Source of the DNA: Granulicella sapmiensis
Lineage (GTDB): Bacteria > Acidobacteriota > Terriglobia > Terriglobales > Acidobacteriaceae
Direction of reading: 5' to 3'
DNA: 64,000 bases
NCBI GenBank assembly: GCA_026225395.1
Contig: JAMFSR010000004.1
Span: 41,837-105,836 of the forward strand
Shown piece after piece: positions 55,620 to 64,000 of this stretch. Both the position numbers and the translations under genes were made by a program. Every line of letters starts with the position of its first letter. Position 1 is the stretch's first letter. The notes beneath the pieces are model-generated. The model searched no databases. It saw only the letters and a program-made list of their open reading frames with translations, and was not told the origin of the DNA.

Positions 55620-56783
55620 CTAATTTTTCGCACGGACTTCCGCCATCACTTCTTCGGTATGCTGCCCTAGTCGCGGCGGCGGTATTCTCACGCTGACCGT
55701 TGATCGAGAGAGGTGAACAGGATTGTTCACAAGCCGCAGATGTTGCCCTTCGCCCGGGCCTTCAAGGATCATCTGGTTGACGGCCGTCTGAGGATCTTCG
55801 AGGGCTTCTTTCATCGTACGGACCGGAGCGCAAAGGATATCCTGCTCATCGAGCTTTTCAATCCAATGCGCCTTCGTGTTCGTGATGAACTTCGCGCGGA
55901 AAGCTGCCTGCAGCTCCGGCTTGTTGTTGAACTGTTCGGTGAGGTTTGAGAACTTGGGATCGGCGGAGAGATCAGGCAGGCCGAGAGCGTCGCAGATGTT
56001 TTTCAGCGGATTTTCCTTGAAAGCACCGACCATCACGATGGGACCGTCAAGCGTGTCGAACACTCCGCAAAGCGGCATCGCCGCCCAGTTCACCTCGGAG
56101 TCCGACATCATGTGCATCGCCGCCTCCTGCATCTGCAGCGCAAGCATGGAGTCATACAGGCAGACATTTACCTTCTGTCCTTCGCCGGTCTTGCTGCGCT
56201 GAATCAACGCGAGAAGAATTCCCTGCACCATGTGCATGCCGGCTGCGTAGTCCGCCGGCGAAACCGGATACAGCGACGTCGGGATGGAAGCGTCCGCCTT
56301 CCGCATCATTACGCCGCTCAAAGCCTGCGCCAGGAAATCCTGCCCTCCCTTATGGGCGTGCGGCCCAGTCTCTCCATAGCCTGTACCGACCGCATAGATG
56401 ATGGCCGGATTAAGCTTCATGCAATCTTCATAGCCGAGCCCGAGACGCTGCATCACGCCGGAGCGAAAATTATTGACGACAACATCCGCCTCCGCAATGA
56501 GCTTGCGCACCATCGACATCTGCTCTTCGTCACGCAGATCAACCGCAACACTTCGCTTGTTGCGGTTGAGACTGCAGAAGATCGGGTTATCTGCTCCGGC
56601 AATCTGCTTGAAACTGGATCTGCTTAGGTCACCAGAATGTGCGCGTTCAATCTTGATGACGTCGGCACCAAAGTCTGCAAGGGTTTGCGTGCAGACAGGC
56701 CCCATCATGACCTGGGTGAAGTCGATTACCCGTATGCCGCTAAGCGGCAGCGTGTTTCCGTTTGGTTCTGCTTTAGTTTCCAT
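55620..56783 (-). CDS. Family III CoA-transferase (CaiB/BaiF type)
   Basis: LSGIRVIDFTQVMMGPVCTQTLADFGADVIKIE, SLNRNKRSV. ATG 56783 overlaps the upstream gene by 11 nt. Confidence 0.85.
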   Translation of the reverse strand: METKAEPNGNTLPLSGIRVIDFTQVMMGPVCTQTLADFGADVIKIERAHSGDLSRSSFKQIAGADNPIFCSLNRNKRSVAVDLRDEEQMSMVRKLIAEADVVVNNFRSGVMQRLGLGYEDCMKLNPAIIYAVGTGYGETGPHAHKGGQDFLAQALSGVMMRKADASIPTSLYPVSPADYAAGMHMVQGILLALIQRSKTGEGQKVNVCLYDSMLALQMQEAAMHMMSDSEVNWAAMPLCGVFDTLDGPIVMVGAFKENPLKNICDALGLPDLSADPKFSNLTEQFNNKPELQAAFRAKFITNTKAHWIEKLDEQDILCAPVRTMKEALEDPQTAVNQMILEGPGEGQHLRLVNNPVHLSRSTVSVRIPPPRLGQHTEEVMAEVRAKN

Positions 56784-58173
56784 GGTTCTCCGCGAATTGT
56801 TTGGCGATAGCCAGTGATGGAACGTCTGAATTTTTTCCTGCTTGATCTCCGGGGTCTGCTCCCTGTTGGCGCAGCAATCGTTGCAGCGCACTCACATCAA
56901 TGTTGCGCACTGCGACAGACGCATTGATCGCCAGCGCCGCAGCAACGCCGGCCGCCTCGCCCATCGCCATACAGGGAGGGATCTCGCGTGACATCTTCTG
57001 AGCCTGCGACGTTGCCGAATAATGACGGCCTGCGACCAGCAGATTGTCGATCTTCTGCGGAACGAGAGTGCGATACGGCATGAAATAGTCACGGCCTCGA
57101 GCGATGCTATCGGGAAAACGCGTTCTAGCAGCGAGGTCTTCCTTGGTCATCACGTACTCGCCTTCAAGCAACCGCGTCTGGCGAACGCCCGTTTGTGGAG
57201 CGACGTCCACGACATAACATTTCTCAAAGCCGGGCATCTTGCTGCGCGCAAACTCTACCGCTGCATAGATATGCTTGCGGCCTTTGATTTCGGCTGTTGT
57301 AAGGTCTCCTACATTGACTCCGTCGAGACCGAGCATATGCGGGCAGTTGCACCAAACCACCCCGGGAAGCGGTGTCTTCAACCACCACAGACCCCACGAT
57401 CCACCGAGAATATGTTTGATCTCTTTGTCGAGCTGCGCATATGTTTCCGGATCTTCTCGCTCAAAGCGTTCCGCTTCATCCGTATCGACGCCACCCAGAC
57501 GAAACACGGTCGTCAACATGTAGCGGCCGCTAATGTGCGGAGCCTCCGCGGAGGACGCGACATCGAGGTCTCCGGTCGCGTCGATCACAACATCGCCAAG
57601 AATCGCTTCTGTCCCCTCCTTCGTATTGCAGATGACTCCCTTCACCTTGCCTTCTTCCACAAGGGTCTTTGAAAACCACGAGTGCAGCCGAAGCTGGATG
57701 CCGTGCTCCTGCACCATATCCAACGCCACACGCTTCCACGCATCGGGATCGAAGGCCGCAGCGAAACAGATGGGGTGAGGTTTCGTATGCGTGTGAAAGT
57801 CGAAGGCGCCCCAGCGCGTCCAGCGCCGCAGCGAATCAGGATCGGTCCCCCATTCGTCCGACTTTGGGAACTTCGCCAGTCCCATGGCCGCCATGCGCTC
57901 GATCATTGTGAGCATAATCCCGCGCACTGAAATCTCCTGCTGGTGGTTGTCCCACATATCGTCGAGCACCAGCACCATGCCACCCGACGCCAGCCCACCG
58001 AGGTAGTTGTAACGCTCCAGCAGAATGACCTTCACGCCGTTGCGCGCAGCAGCCAGTGCTGCAGCAAAGCCAGCCGGTCCGCCGCCTACCACGACGACAT
58101 CTGCCTTTGCGGCTACCTTGATCTCACACGCTGCCTGGCCAATCCAATCCCCAACTTCACTCATTCCGCTCAT
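56773..58173 (-). CDS. FAD-dependent oxidoreductase (FAD_oxidored/GidA-like fold, substrate unknown)
   Basis: ADVVVVGGGPAGFAAALAAARNGVKVILLERYNYLGGLASGG dinucleotide-binding start. 466 aa. An alternative ATG at 58164 has better SD spacing. Confidence 0.75.
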   Translation of the reverse strand: MSGMSEVGDWIGQAACEIKVAAKADVVVVGGGPAGFAAALAAARNGVKVILLERYNYLGGLASGGMVLVLDDMWDNHQQEISVRGIMLTMIERMAAMGLAKFPKSDEWGTDPDSLRRWTRWGAFDFHTHTKPHPICFAAAFDPDAWKRVALDMVQEHGIQLRLHSWFSKTLVEEGKVKGVICNTKEGTEAILGDVVIDATGDLDVASSAEAPHISGRYMLTTVFRLGGVDTDEAERFEREDPETYAQLDKEIKHILGGSWGLWWLKTPLPGVVWCNCPHMLGLDGVNVGDLTTAEIKGRKHIYAAVEFARSKMPGFEKCYVVDVAPQTGVRQTRLLEGEYVMTKEDLAARTRFPDSIARGRDYFMPYRTLVPQKIDNLLVAGRHYSATSQAQKMSREIPPCMAMGEAAGVAAALAINASVAVRNIDVSALQRLLRQQGADPGDQAGKNSDVPSLAIAKQFAENHGN

Positions 58174-58186
58174 CCTCTCTGCTGCT

Positions 58187-59023
58187 CTAGTGCGAACCCT
58201 CAGCGGGCCACACGATCGTTAGTTTTTCAAAGTAGGTGATGACAACAAAGAAGGCGCCAGCAAGCAGTGTGCTCATCAGGATTGCGGAGTACAACAACCC
58301 TGTGTCGAAGGCATAGGTCGCTTGTAGAATCAGCGCCCCGATGCCTCTGGTCGATCCGATCCACTCCCCGACGACCGCGCCGATTACAGACATCGATGCG
58401 GCAATTCGCATGGAGGAAAACAGATATGGAAGCGAGTTGTAGAAACGAACCTTGAACAAAACTTGAGCTTTGCTCGCGGAAAGAATTTCCATCAACTCCA
58501 TCACTTGTGGATCGACGGAGCCAAGCCCTTCCAGCATGTTCACAAGCGTTGGGAAGAAGCAGACGAACGCGGCGATAGTCGTCTTCGGTGCAAGGCCACT
58601 GCCCATGATCAGGATCAGGATCGGCGCTTTCGCTACTACCGGGATGGAGTTCAACATCACTGCGACCGGGAAGAATATCTGCCGCAGCGGTTTTACGTGG
58701 ACGAAAAGGATCGCCATGGCAATCGCAGTCAGGTTGCCGATAAGGAAGCCCCCAACGGCTTCTACCGCCGTCGGCAAAAGGTTGCCGAACAGGATCGCGT
58801 GGTTCCTCGCAAAGGATGTTGCCACCAGAAGTGGCGATGGTGCAATGAACGGTCGCACATGAAAGCCCTTGACGACAGCCCACCAAAAAAACAGCAAGCC
58901 GACGACACCGAAGATCGGCAAGACGAGATCGAGGATCTTCTCTTTTCGGCGCTTCGCCAGATAAACTTGCAGTGCCGCATTCTGCGAAGCTGTCGCGTTC
59001 AAGGAACCTGAAGGCTTCGTCAT
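58187..59023 (-). CDS. ABC transporter permease (NitT/TauT family)
   Basis: 278 aa, about 6 TM, with an EAA-like loop (ILSASKAQVLFKVRFYNSLPYLFSSMRIA). Its ATGA overlaps the ATPase gene. Confidence 0.85.
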   Translation of the reverse strand: MTKPSGSLNATASQNAALQVYLAKRRKEKILDLVLPIFGVVGLLFFWWAVVKGFHVRPFIAPSPLLVATSFARNHAILFGNLLPTAVEAVGGFLIGNLTAIAMAILFVHVKPLRQIFFPVAVMLNSIPVVAKAPILILIMGSGLAPKTTIAAFVCFFPTLVNMLEGLGSVDPQVMELMEILSASKAQVLFKVRFYNSLPYLFSSMRIAASMSVIGAVVGEWIGSTRGIGALILQATYAFDTGLLYSAILMSTLLAGAFFVVITYFEKLTIVWPAEGSH

Positions 59024-59829
59024 GAGGCTTCCTCCATCAATCTTCTTAACCGCGCGGATAATGCAATGAACTCACTGTTCTCGCGGATGCGAAGCGTGCG
59101 ATCTTCCGGCAGGTCGACACGCAGGATTTCCTTCACGCGTCCGGGGTTGGCGGCCAGCATTAGCACGCGCTGGCCGAGGTAGGCGGCTTCGTAAATGCCG
59201 TGCGTTACGAAGAGGATCGTTACGCCAGTCTTTTTCCATATGCGGCGAAGCTCTTCATTCAGGCGGTCTCTCGTGATTTCGTCCAGCGCCGCGAACGGCT
59301 CATCCATGAGCAGAATCTTGGGGTCACTCACCAGGGCGCGGGCGATCGAAACCCGCTGCCGCATGCCTCCGGAAAGCTCATGCGGATAGGCGTGTCTGCG
59401 CGCGCCCAGCCCCATAAAGTCGAGCATCTCTTCCGCACGCTGCAGTTGCTGCTTCGGGGCTTCGTGCGAGACCTCTAGAGGCAGCGCAACATTTTCCAGC
59501 GCAGTCCGCCACGGCAGCAAGGCAGCATCCTGAAACACGAACCCGATGTCTCTTCGCCTCCGCGCCAGGGCTGCCGTGGTCCCGAGAACCTCCACCGAAC
59601 CGGCGCTCGGTTGCACAAGGCCGGAGACAACCCGCAGCAGTGTAGATTTGCCGCATCCTGACGGTCCCAGCAGCGCAAGGAACTCGCCTCGTGCAACCTC
59701 GAGGCTCAGGCCCTCGATCGCACTTACGCTTTGGCGGCCTTTGAAGAAGGTGACAGACACATCGTCGCAGCGAATGCACGGTTCGCCTGCGGGCGTCGCG
59801 GCAATTGGATTTGGAAAGGCGTCACTCAC
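59020..59829 (-). CDS. ABC transporter ATP-binding protein (NitT/TauT family)
   Basis: Walker A GPSGCGKST, signature LSGGMRQR, Walker B ILLMDEPF. GTG start 3 nt after the SBP stop. Confidence 0.9.
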   Translation of the reverse strand: MSDAFPNPIAATPAGEPCIRCDDVSVTFFKGRQSVSAIEGLSLEVARGEFLALLGPSGCGKSTLLRVVSGLVQPSAGSVEVLGTTAALARRRRDIGFVFQDAALLPWRTALENVALPLEVSHEAPKQQLQRAEEMLDFMGLGARRHAYPHELSGGMRQRVSIARALVSDPKILLMDEPFAALDEITRDRLNEELRRIWKKTGVTILFVTHGIYEAAYLGQRVLMLAANPGRVKEILRVDLPEDRTLRIRENSEFIALSARLRRLMEEAS

Positions 59830-59832
59830 TGG

Positions 59833-60879
59833 TTACAACCTCATCCGGTAGGATTGTGTCGCGTTCAGCACCTTCATCGTCATCACCTCAGACACCGTAG
59901 GCACATGGTTTGTAAACTGCCCTAGTTGCTTGTACATATCAATCTGGGCCTGCCACATGCCGCCATCCATCGTTCCCCAGCCAAGCTCATTCGCCTTGTC
60001 CTCAAACGCGAAAGCGAGCATCGCTTCAATTTCGACACGTTCATCGTCACGGTTCAAATTCGGATACTCGGCCACGAGCAACTCCGCTGCTTCATCCACA
60101 TGGTTTCTTGCATACACCCAGCCACGAGCGGTGGCGCGCATGAAGCGGACGATGGAATCGAACTCATGCTCCAGCGTGTGTGTCGCAGCATAGTATGGCA
60201 GCGCATACAGATGGATTCCTGTGTCCCACATGCTGAGGTCGATCCTGTTCGATCCAAGAGCGCGAAGAGCCGTGGTGTTGGTCGACCAGGCGGAGATGAC
60301 ATCTACCTGCCCCGTAAGCAGCGGCGACATATCGGCCCCTATGGGCACAATGTCTACACTGCTTAGCGGCAGGTTTGCCTTGGCAAGCGTCGCTTTCAAC
60401 AGCACGCCCGCCGTGGAAGGAATGCCGATCTTCTTATGCACCATGTCGGAGATGGATCGAACGGGATTGCTCTTCAGCGAGAAGTACGTATAAGGATGCC
60501 GCTGCAGTGCCGCGGCAAAACACTGAATGGGAATGTTCTGCGAAACGGCGAGCATGATCGAAGGGCTCGAAGAAATCTGCCCCGCCTGCGCGCTATCCGA
60601 GGCCACCACAGAAACGCCATCGATGCTGGGGCCTCCGCCGGAGATGCGGAACTGAATACCTTCCTGCAGGTAGTAGCCGAGGCGCTTCGCGACGATCTCG
60701 CCGATTTGCTGTGGACCGGGGAGCCAGCCTAATTGCAGCACCATGCTGGCGGCGTCGGTTCCCAGCTTGCGCAGCGCCAGATAACCTCCCCCGGCGAGCA
60801 GCGCTCCTGTCGCCGCGAGCGAACCTTTCAGCAAGCGGCGGCGTTGCAGGTTGAACTCGGTCGAGTTGTCGACAGACAT
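59833..60879 (-). CDS. ABC transporter substrate-binding protein (NMT1/THI5-like) with TAT-type signal
   Basis: RRRLLKGSLAATGALLAGG signal. Size and position are as for NitT/TauT-type periplasmic binding proteins. Confidence 0.7.
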   Translation of the reverse strand: MSVDNSTEFNLQRRRLLKGSLAATGALLAGGGYLALRKLGTDAASMVLQLGWLPGPQQIGEIVAKRLGYYLQEGIQFRISGGGPSIDGVSVVASDSAQAGQISSSPSIMLAVSQNIPIQCFAAALQRHPYTYFSLKSNPVRSISDMVHKKIGIPSTAGVLLKATLAKANLPLSSVDIVPIGADMSPLLTGQVDVISAWSTNTTALRALGSNRIDLSMWDTGIHLYALPYYAATHTLEHEFDSIVRFMRATARGWVYARNHVDEAAELLVAEYPNLNRDDERVEIEAMLAFAFEDKANELGWGTMDGGMWQAQIDMYKQLGQFTNHVPTVSEVMTMKVLNATQSYRMRL

Positions 60880-61124
60880 AACTACCTCATTGGCAAAAGG
60901 TGGCGTACATCATTCACAACGTCAACAAAGCAAGGGAAACAAGACCGAATGTGCGGCAGTACTTCGGAGGAGTTCTAAGAAGTTAGACTCTCGCAATGAT
61001 TCTAGGCTGAATTTTCGAGTGATAGACTGGCTCGGCACGGAACTCTTAAAGGCTCAAGATGATGCCGAAATTAGAGCGCCATTCTCGCTGAAGAGATGAT
61101 TCGCGAACCGCAACGCAGCTGGTG

Positions 61125-62696
61125 TTAGTTCGCCTTGGGGGTCAGATCCACCTGGAACGTAACGCGCCGGTCCAGGTCCTGCTCCTCGGCTTCATCCGTG
61201 ACGTGCCCAGGCTCTTTGGCTCCGAGACCTGCAGCCGACAGCAGGCTGGCGTCGATGCCACGGCTCACCAGCGAGTGGACGATAGCTTCCGCGCGTTGCT
61301 GGCTCAGCTGATTGTTGTGCTCATCGGTCCCGGTCGTGTCCGTGTGGCCGTAGAGCTGGATGTGGAGCTGCCTGTTCTGGCTGGCAGCGTCAGCCGCCAG
61401 CTCATGGATCTCATCCGCGACAGTGTCTACGAGGGCGAGTTGATCGATAGGCAGTTTGATGGAGTCCACCTCGAACCGCACTGCCTGCTTGCGTAGGACG
61501 GTTGCCTCTGCGTCAAGCCTGCGCACGTTTGCAAACCGCGGATCGAGCGAGAAGTAGGCTTCCCAATGCTCCGATACATTCTTCGCAGGCAGGCGATAGT
61601 CCGAGAGCAACGACTCAGGAACGATAGCCATAGGGTCGCGCAAACCTCGTACAAAAAGCTTTCGCCCCTTGCGCTGGTCGTCGATGACGACAATCCCGGG
61701 TTGTCGCTGTAGCGCGTCGAGATAATTCGACCAGCGGTGCAGGTAGCGGATATGAACAAACAGCGCGCCGGCCATAGCGGCCAGAAGAAGAACACCGGCA
61801 ATTTTGAACTTCAGGTACGACTGCTTGCCAGCGTTGGCATCCTCCACGAGGCACTCGTCCAGGCCGGCCTCAATCCCCGGCACCGCCTGTCCGGTACTCT
61901 CGAACTTCGCCATCCCGCTGTGGAAGTCCTTATGAATTTGCTCCACACGCACGAGAAATAAGTTGCGAAGAGATGCTGGCGGCTGACCACGCACCACCGC
62001 AGCAAGCAACGCAACCGGGCCGTGCTGCAGCCAGATTTTGAACTCGCCCAGTTGGATGACCTCAAGGTCGTCCTTCTTTTCGGATGTGAACGAGTCGCGC
62101 GCAAAGTCCTGAATGGCCGTGAGCATGCCGACCACCATGTCAGCATCCTGCAGCAGGTTAGCCTGATTGGTCACCTCCGCTAACAGAAGCCCGGTCTTGC
62201 GATGGATGATGTACACGTGTTCCACGCGATAAGACAGGCTGCGGGCGAGTGCGACCTCAGCGAAAGTCTTGCCGCTACGCCGGGCCTCGAACCGCCAACG
62301 CCAGCGCTTGAGTGAGAAGCTCTGCGCCAGGATAGCGTTCATGGAGTCGAACATCTGCTGCAGCGCGTGCGCTACGGCCTTGCGTACCGCCTCGCCGACG
62401 ATCGGAAACAAAGCGCCGGCCAGCATAGCGGGGTCGCGTTCCACGGAAAGACGCAGCGATTCTTCTACCAACGGCTGCAGCGCCATTTTCAGTTTTGGGT
62501 CACGTTTGGCTGAAAGTGTAAGAGACTGAGCCAGAACTTTGCTGTCTTCCAGCGCGCGCAGATCAGCGTCATCCAGCCGGTTTCGGAGGTGCTGCACGTG
62601 GCGCATGTACTCGCCAAAGAGCAGCTCCTGCAATTCAGCAAGACTCTTCGCATCCGAGTTTGCCGATGCGTCCTCCGCCGTGCCGCTTAGCTCCAC
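61125..62696 (-). CDS. OmpA-like (peptidoglycan-binding) domain protein with a large cytoplasmic N-terminal region and one TM
   Basis: C-terminal OmpA-like motif LYGHTDTTGTDEHNNQLSQQRAEAIVHSLVSRGI. TM segment FKIAGVLLLAAMAGALFVHI. GTG start 12 nt after the upstream stop. Confidence 0.75.
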   Translation of the reverse strand: MELSGTAEDASANSDAKSLAELQELLFGEYMRHVQHLRNRLDDADLRALEDSKVLAQSLTLSAKRDPKLKMALQPLVEESLRLSVERDPAMLAGALFPIVGEAVRKAVAHALQQMFDSMNAILAQSFSLKRWRWRFEARRSGKTFAEVALARSLSYRVEHVYIIHRKTGLLLAEVTNQANLLQDADMVVGMLTAIQDFARDSFTSEKKDDLEVIQLGEFKIWLQHGPVALLAAVVRGQPPASLRNLFLVRVEQIHKDFHSGMAKFESTGQAVPGIEAGLDECLVEDANAGKQSYLKFKIAGVLLLAAMAGALFVHIRYLHRWSNYLDALQRQPGIVVIDDQRKGRKLFVRGLRDPMAIVPESLLSDYRLPAKNVSEHWEAYFSLDPRFANVRRLDAEATVLRKQAVRFEVDSIKLPIDQLALVDTVADEIHELAADAASQNRQLHIQLYGHTDTTGTDEHNNQLSQQRAEAIVHSLVSRGIDASLLSAAGLGAKEPGHVTDEAEEQDLDRRVTFQVDLTPKAN

Positions 62697-62708
62697 CGTG
62701 TCCCCTGC

Positions 62709-63302
62709 CTACTCTGCCGCTGGCACTTCGTGGTTCTCAAGCTGGGTCGCCATCTCACGCATCAGGTCTGAGATGAGCGCACGGTCGGCCTTCTGTGAAC
62801 GCAGCTCGGAAACCCGCGATTCCATCAGGCCACGCACACTGTCCTGGCGCAGGCCGATCTCCTCCAGCAGCTTCCGCGACTCCGACATGAGGTCCTTGCG
62901 CAGCGCGCTATGGCCTTCATTCATGGCCGTGTCCAGATCACCGAGCCGACGCCCCAGCGCGGTCAGCGCTTCCTTCATTTCGCGGTCGTGCGCTGCAAAG
63001 ACCGACATTCGCTCTTCGCGCTCGGCACGGAGACGGCCCGCCAAGGCTTCGGTTTCGCTGCGGAAGAAGTCCTCAATCGATTCAAAGCGCTTGCGCATGA
63101 TGTCTTTGAGCTCATAGGTCTCGCGCGCCAGGCCCTCTTCCAACCGAACGAAGCGAGCCTCATAGTTCTTGCTTTGCGACCCGAAAAGGATGTCGCGAAC
63201 CTTGTCGATGCCTGCGCCGTGTTCGGCTGGCGGCGGAGGAGGGGGAGTCTGCCTGAAAGACTCCTCGGAGTCCAAAACTCCATCGTGATTTTGATTGAAC
63301 AT
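62709..63302 (-). CDS. Hypothetical coiled-coil protein
   Basis: About 197 aa from ATG 63302 (GAAGGTGG upstream). Heptad-like charged helices run throughout (FVRLEEGLARETYELKDIMRKRFESIEDFF...). No recognisable catalytic motif. Confidence 0.5.
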   Translation of the reverse strand: MFNQNHDGVLDSEESFRQTPPPPPPAEHGAGIDKVRDILFGSQSKNYEARFVRLEEGLARETYELKDIMRKRFESIEDFFRSETEALAGRLRAEREERMSVFAAHDREMKEALTALGRRLGDLDTAMNEGHSALRKDLMSESRKLLEEIGLRQDSVRGLMESRVSELRSQKADRALISDLMREMATQLENHEVPAAE

Positions 63303-63371
63303 CGGTACCACCTTCGATCCGGGATATTGTTTCGTGAAGCCATCGCTGCAAAGCAGCCAGTTGATCGGCAG

Positions 63372-64000
63372 TTATCGTTGATGCGGTGCAGCAACGACTG
63401 CCCGGTTGCGGCCTTCATGCTTAGCCCGATAGAGCGCCGCATCTACAGCCTCGATGATCTGTGCGGTCGCCCGGTCGCCATCCGGCTGCCTGGTATAAAC
63501 TCCGAGGCTGGCCGTGACAAAGGGACAAACGTCCGATCCTTTGTTTGGAATCTCTAAATCTCGTATGGCCCGATTGATGCTGTTCGCCATCTGCAACGCG
63601 TCGACCCCGTCGGTGTCCGGAAGCAGGATGGCAAACTCTTCTCCTCCGAAGCGAGCTACCATGTCGGTGGGACGACGGACAACATCCCTCAGGACTTGTC
63701 CAACGGTACGCAGGCAATCATCTCCGGCTGAATGTCCATAAGTATCGTTGAGCAGCTTGAATTTGTCTATGTCCATAAACAGCAGCGAGAGCGGACCGCC
63801 TCCCCGCATGGCGCGGCTCAGCTCAAGGTCGAAGACCCTGTCGAAGTGGCGGCGGTTGAAGAGCCCCGTCAGCGCGTCACGGATCGAAAGCTCGCTCAGC
63901 TGATCGTTGGCGGCGCTGAGCGCACGCGCCGATTCTTCCACCTGGCCCTTGAGCCGTTCGATGACCTTCAGTTGGATGGTCGTCTCATGCGCATAAAGCT
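63372..64000 (-). CDS. GGDEF-domain diguanylate cyclase; only the C-terminal part is in the window (gene continues past the right edge)
   Basis: DALTGLFNRR, active site GGEEF, I-site RPTD five residues upstream. The frame stays open upstream of the ORF-track GTG at 63941 as far as 64000 (...LYAHETTIQLKVIERLKGQ), which looks like a coiled coil. Confidence 0.85.
   Translation of the reverse strand, partial: LYAHETTIQLKVIERLKGQVEESARALSAANDQLSELSIRDALTGLFNRRHFDRVFDLELSRAMRGGGPLSLLFMDIDKFKLLNDTYGHSAGDDCLRTVGQVLRDVVRRPTDMVARFGGEEFAILLPDTDGVDALQMANSINRAIRDLEIPNKGSDVCPFVTASLGVYTRQPDGDRATAQIIEAVDAALYRAKHEGRNRAVVAAPHQR

Noticed and set aside
60880-61124. TPP (THI-box) riboswitch upstream of the NMT1/THI5-like binding-protein gene
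   Set aside because: I read the minus-strand leader and found no CTGAGA or ACCTGATCTGGATAATGCCAGCG-like core.

Overview
GC-rich, gene-dense chromosomal segment with about 50 protein genes and one tRNA. I found no rRNA, CRISPR array, transposase or integrase. The gene content (many secreted glycoside hydrolases, TAT-signal TIM-barrel isomerases, LamG giants, P/T-rich linkers) suggests a soil acidobacterium-like organism, but that is inference only. Everything here comes from reading the sequence and ORF track by eye, with motifs recalled from memory; no BLAST, HMM or folding was run. The ORF track opens ORFs at ATG, GTG or TTG, so many ORFs were trimmed to the start best supported by an SD-like sequence, a signal peptide or the neighbouring gene. 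Left to right: (1) two secreted DUF3857/transglutaminase-like paralogs; (2) a minus-strand cellulose operon, bcsQ-like (with a ~560-aa N-terminal extension), fused bcsAB, bcsZ, and a giant bcsC with a ~540-aa P/T/Q/Y linker; (3) tRNA-Lys(UUU); (4) an LPS-core heptose operon (GT9, hldE, hldD, ATP-grasp) with a divergent DUF4254-like gene; (5) a TPR-like gene, yvcK, a GNAT gene, a ParE/RelB toxin-antitoxin pair and rlmN; (6) a lipoprotein gene whose signal peptide and body lie in different frames; (7) an M16 peptidase, an orphan type IV pilin and a LolA-like gene; (8) an amino-sugar/peptidoglycan salvage locus (GH20, NagA, BadF-type kinase); (9) DUF4126 plus a disulfide reductase; (10) araB, araD and GH5, with a divergent 1,304-aa LamG protein; (11) a cupin, a hexose-6-P mutarotase and a TAT TIM-barrel isomerase; (12) an operon of NitT/TauT ABC transporter, flavoprotein, CoA-transferase, crotonase and LysR; (13) an OmpA-like / coiled-coil / GGDEF cluster at the right edge. 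The strongest novelty candidates are: the single 1,466-aa ORF in locus (8) that fuses a sodium:solute symporter to a beta-lactamase-fold serine hydrolase and a DUF1343/NamZ module through an internal signal-peptide-like segment; the enlarged Bcs components, including a possible BcsR-BcsQ fusion; and the GGDEF/coiled-coil/OmpA-like cluster.
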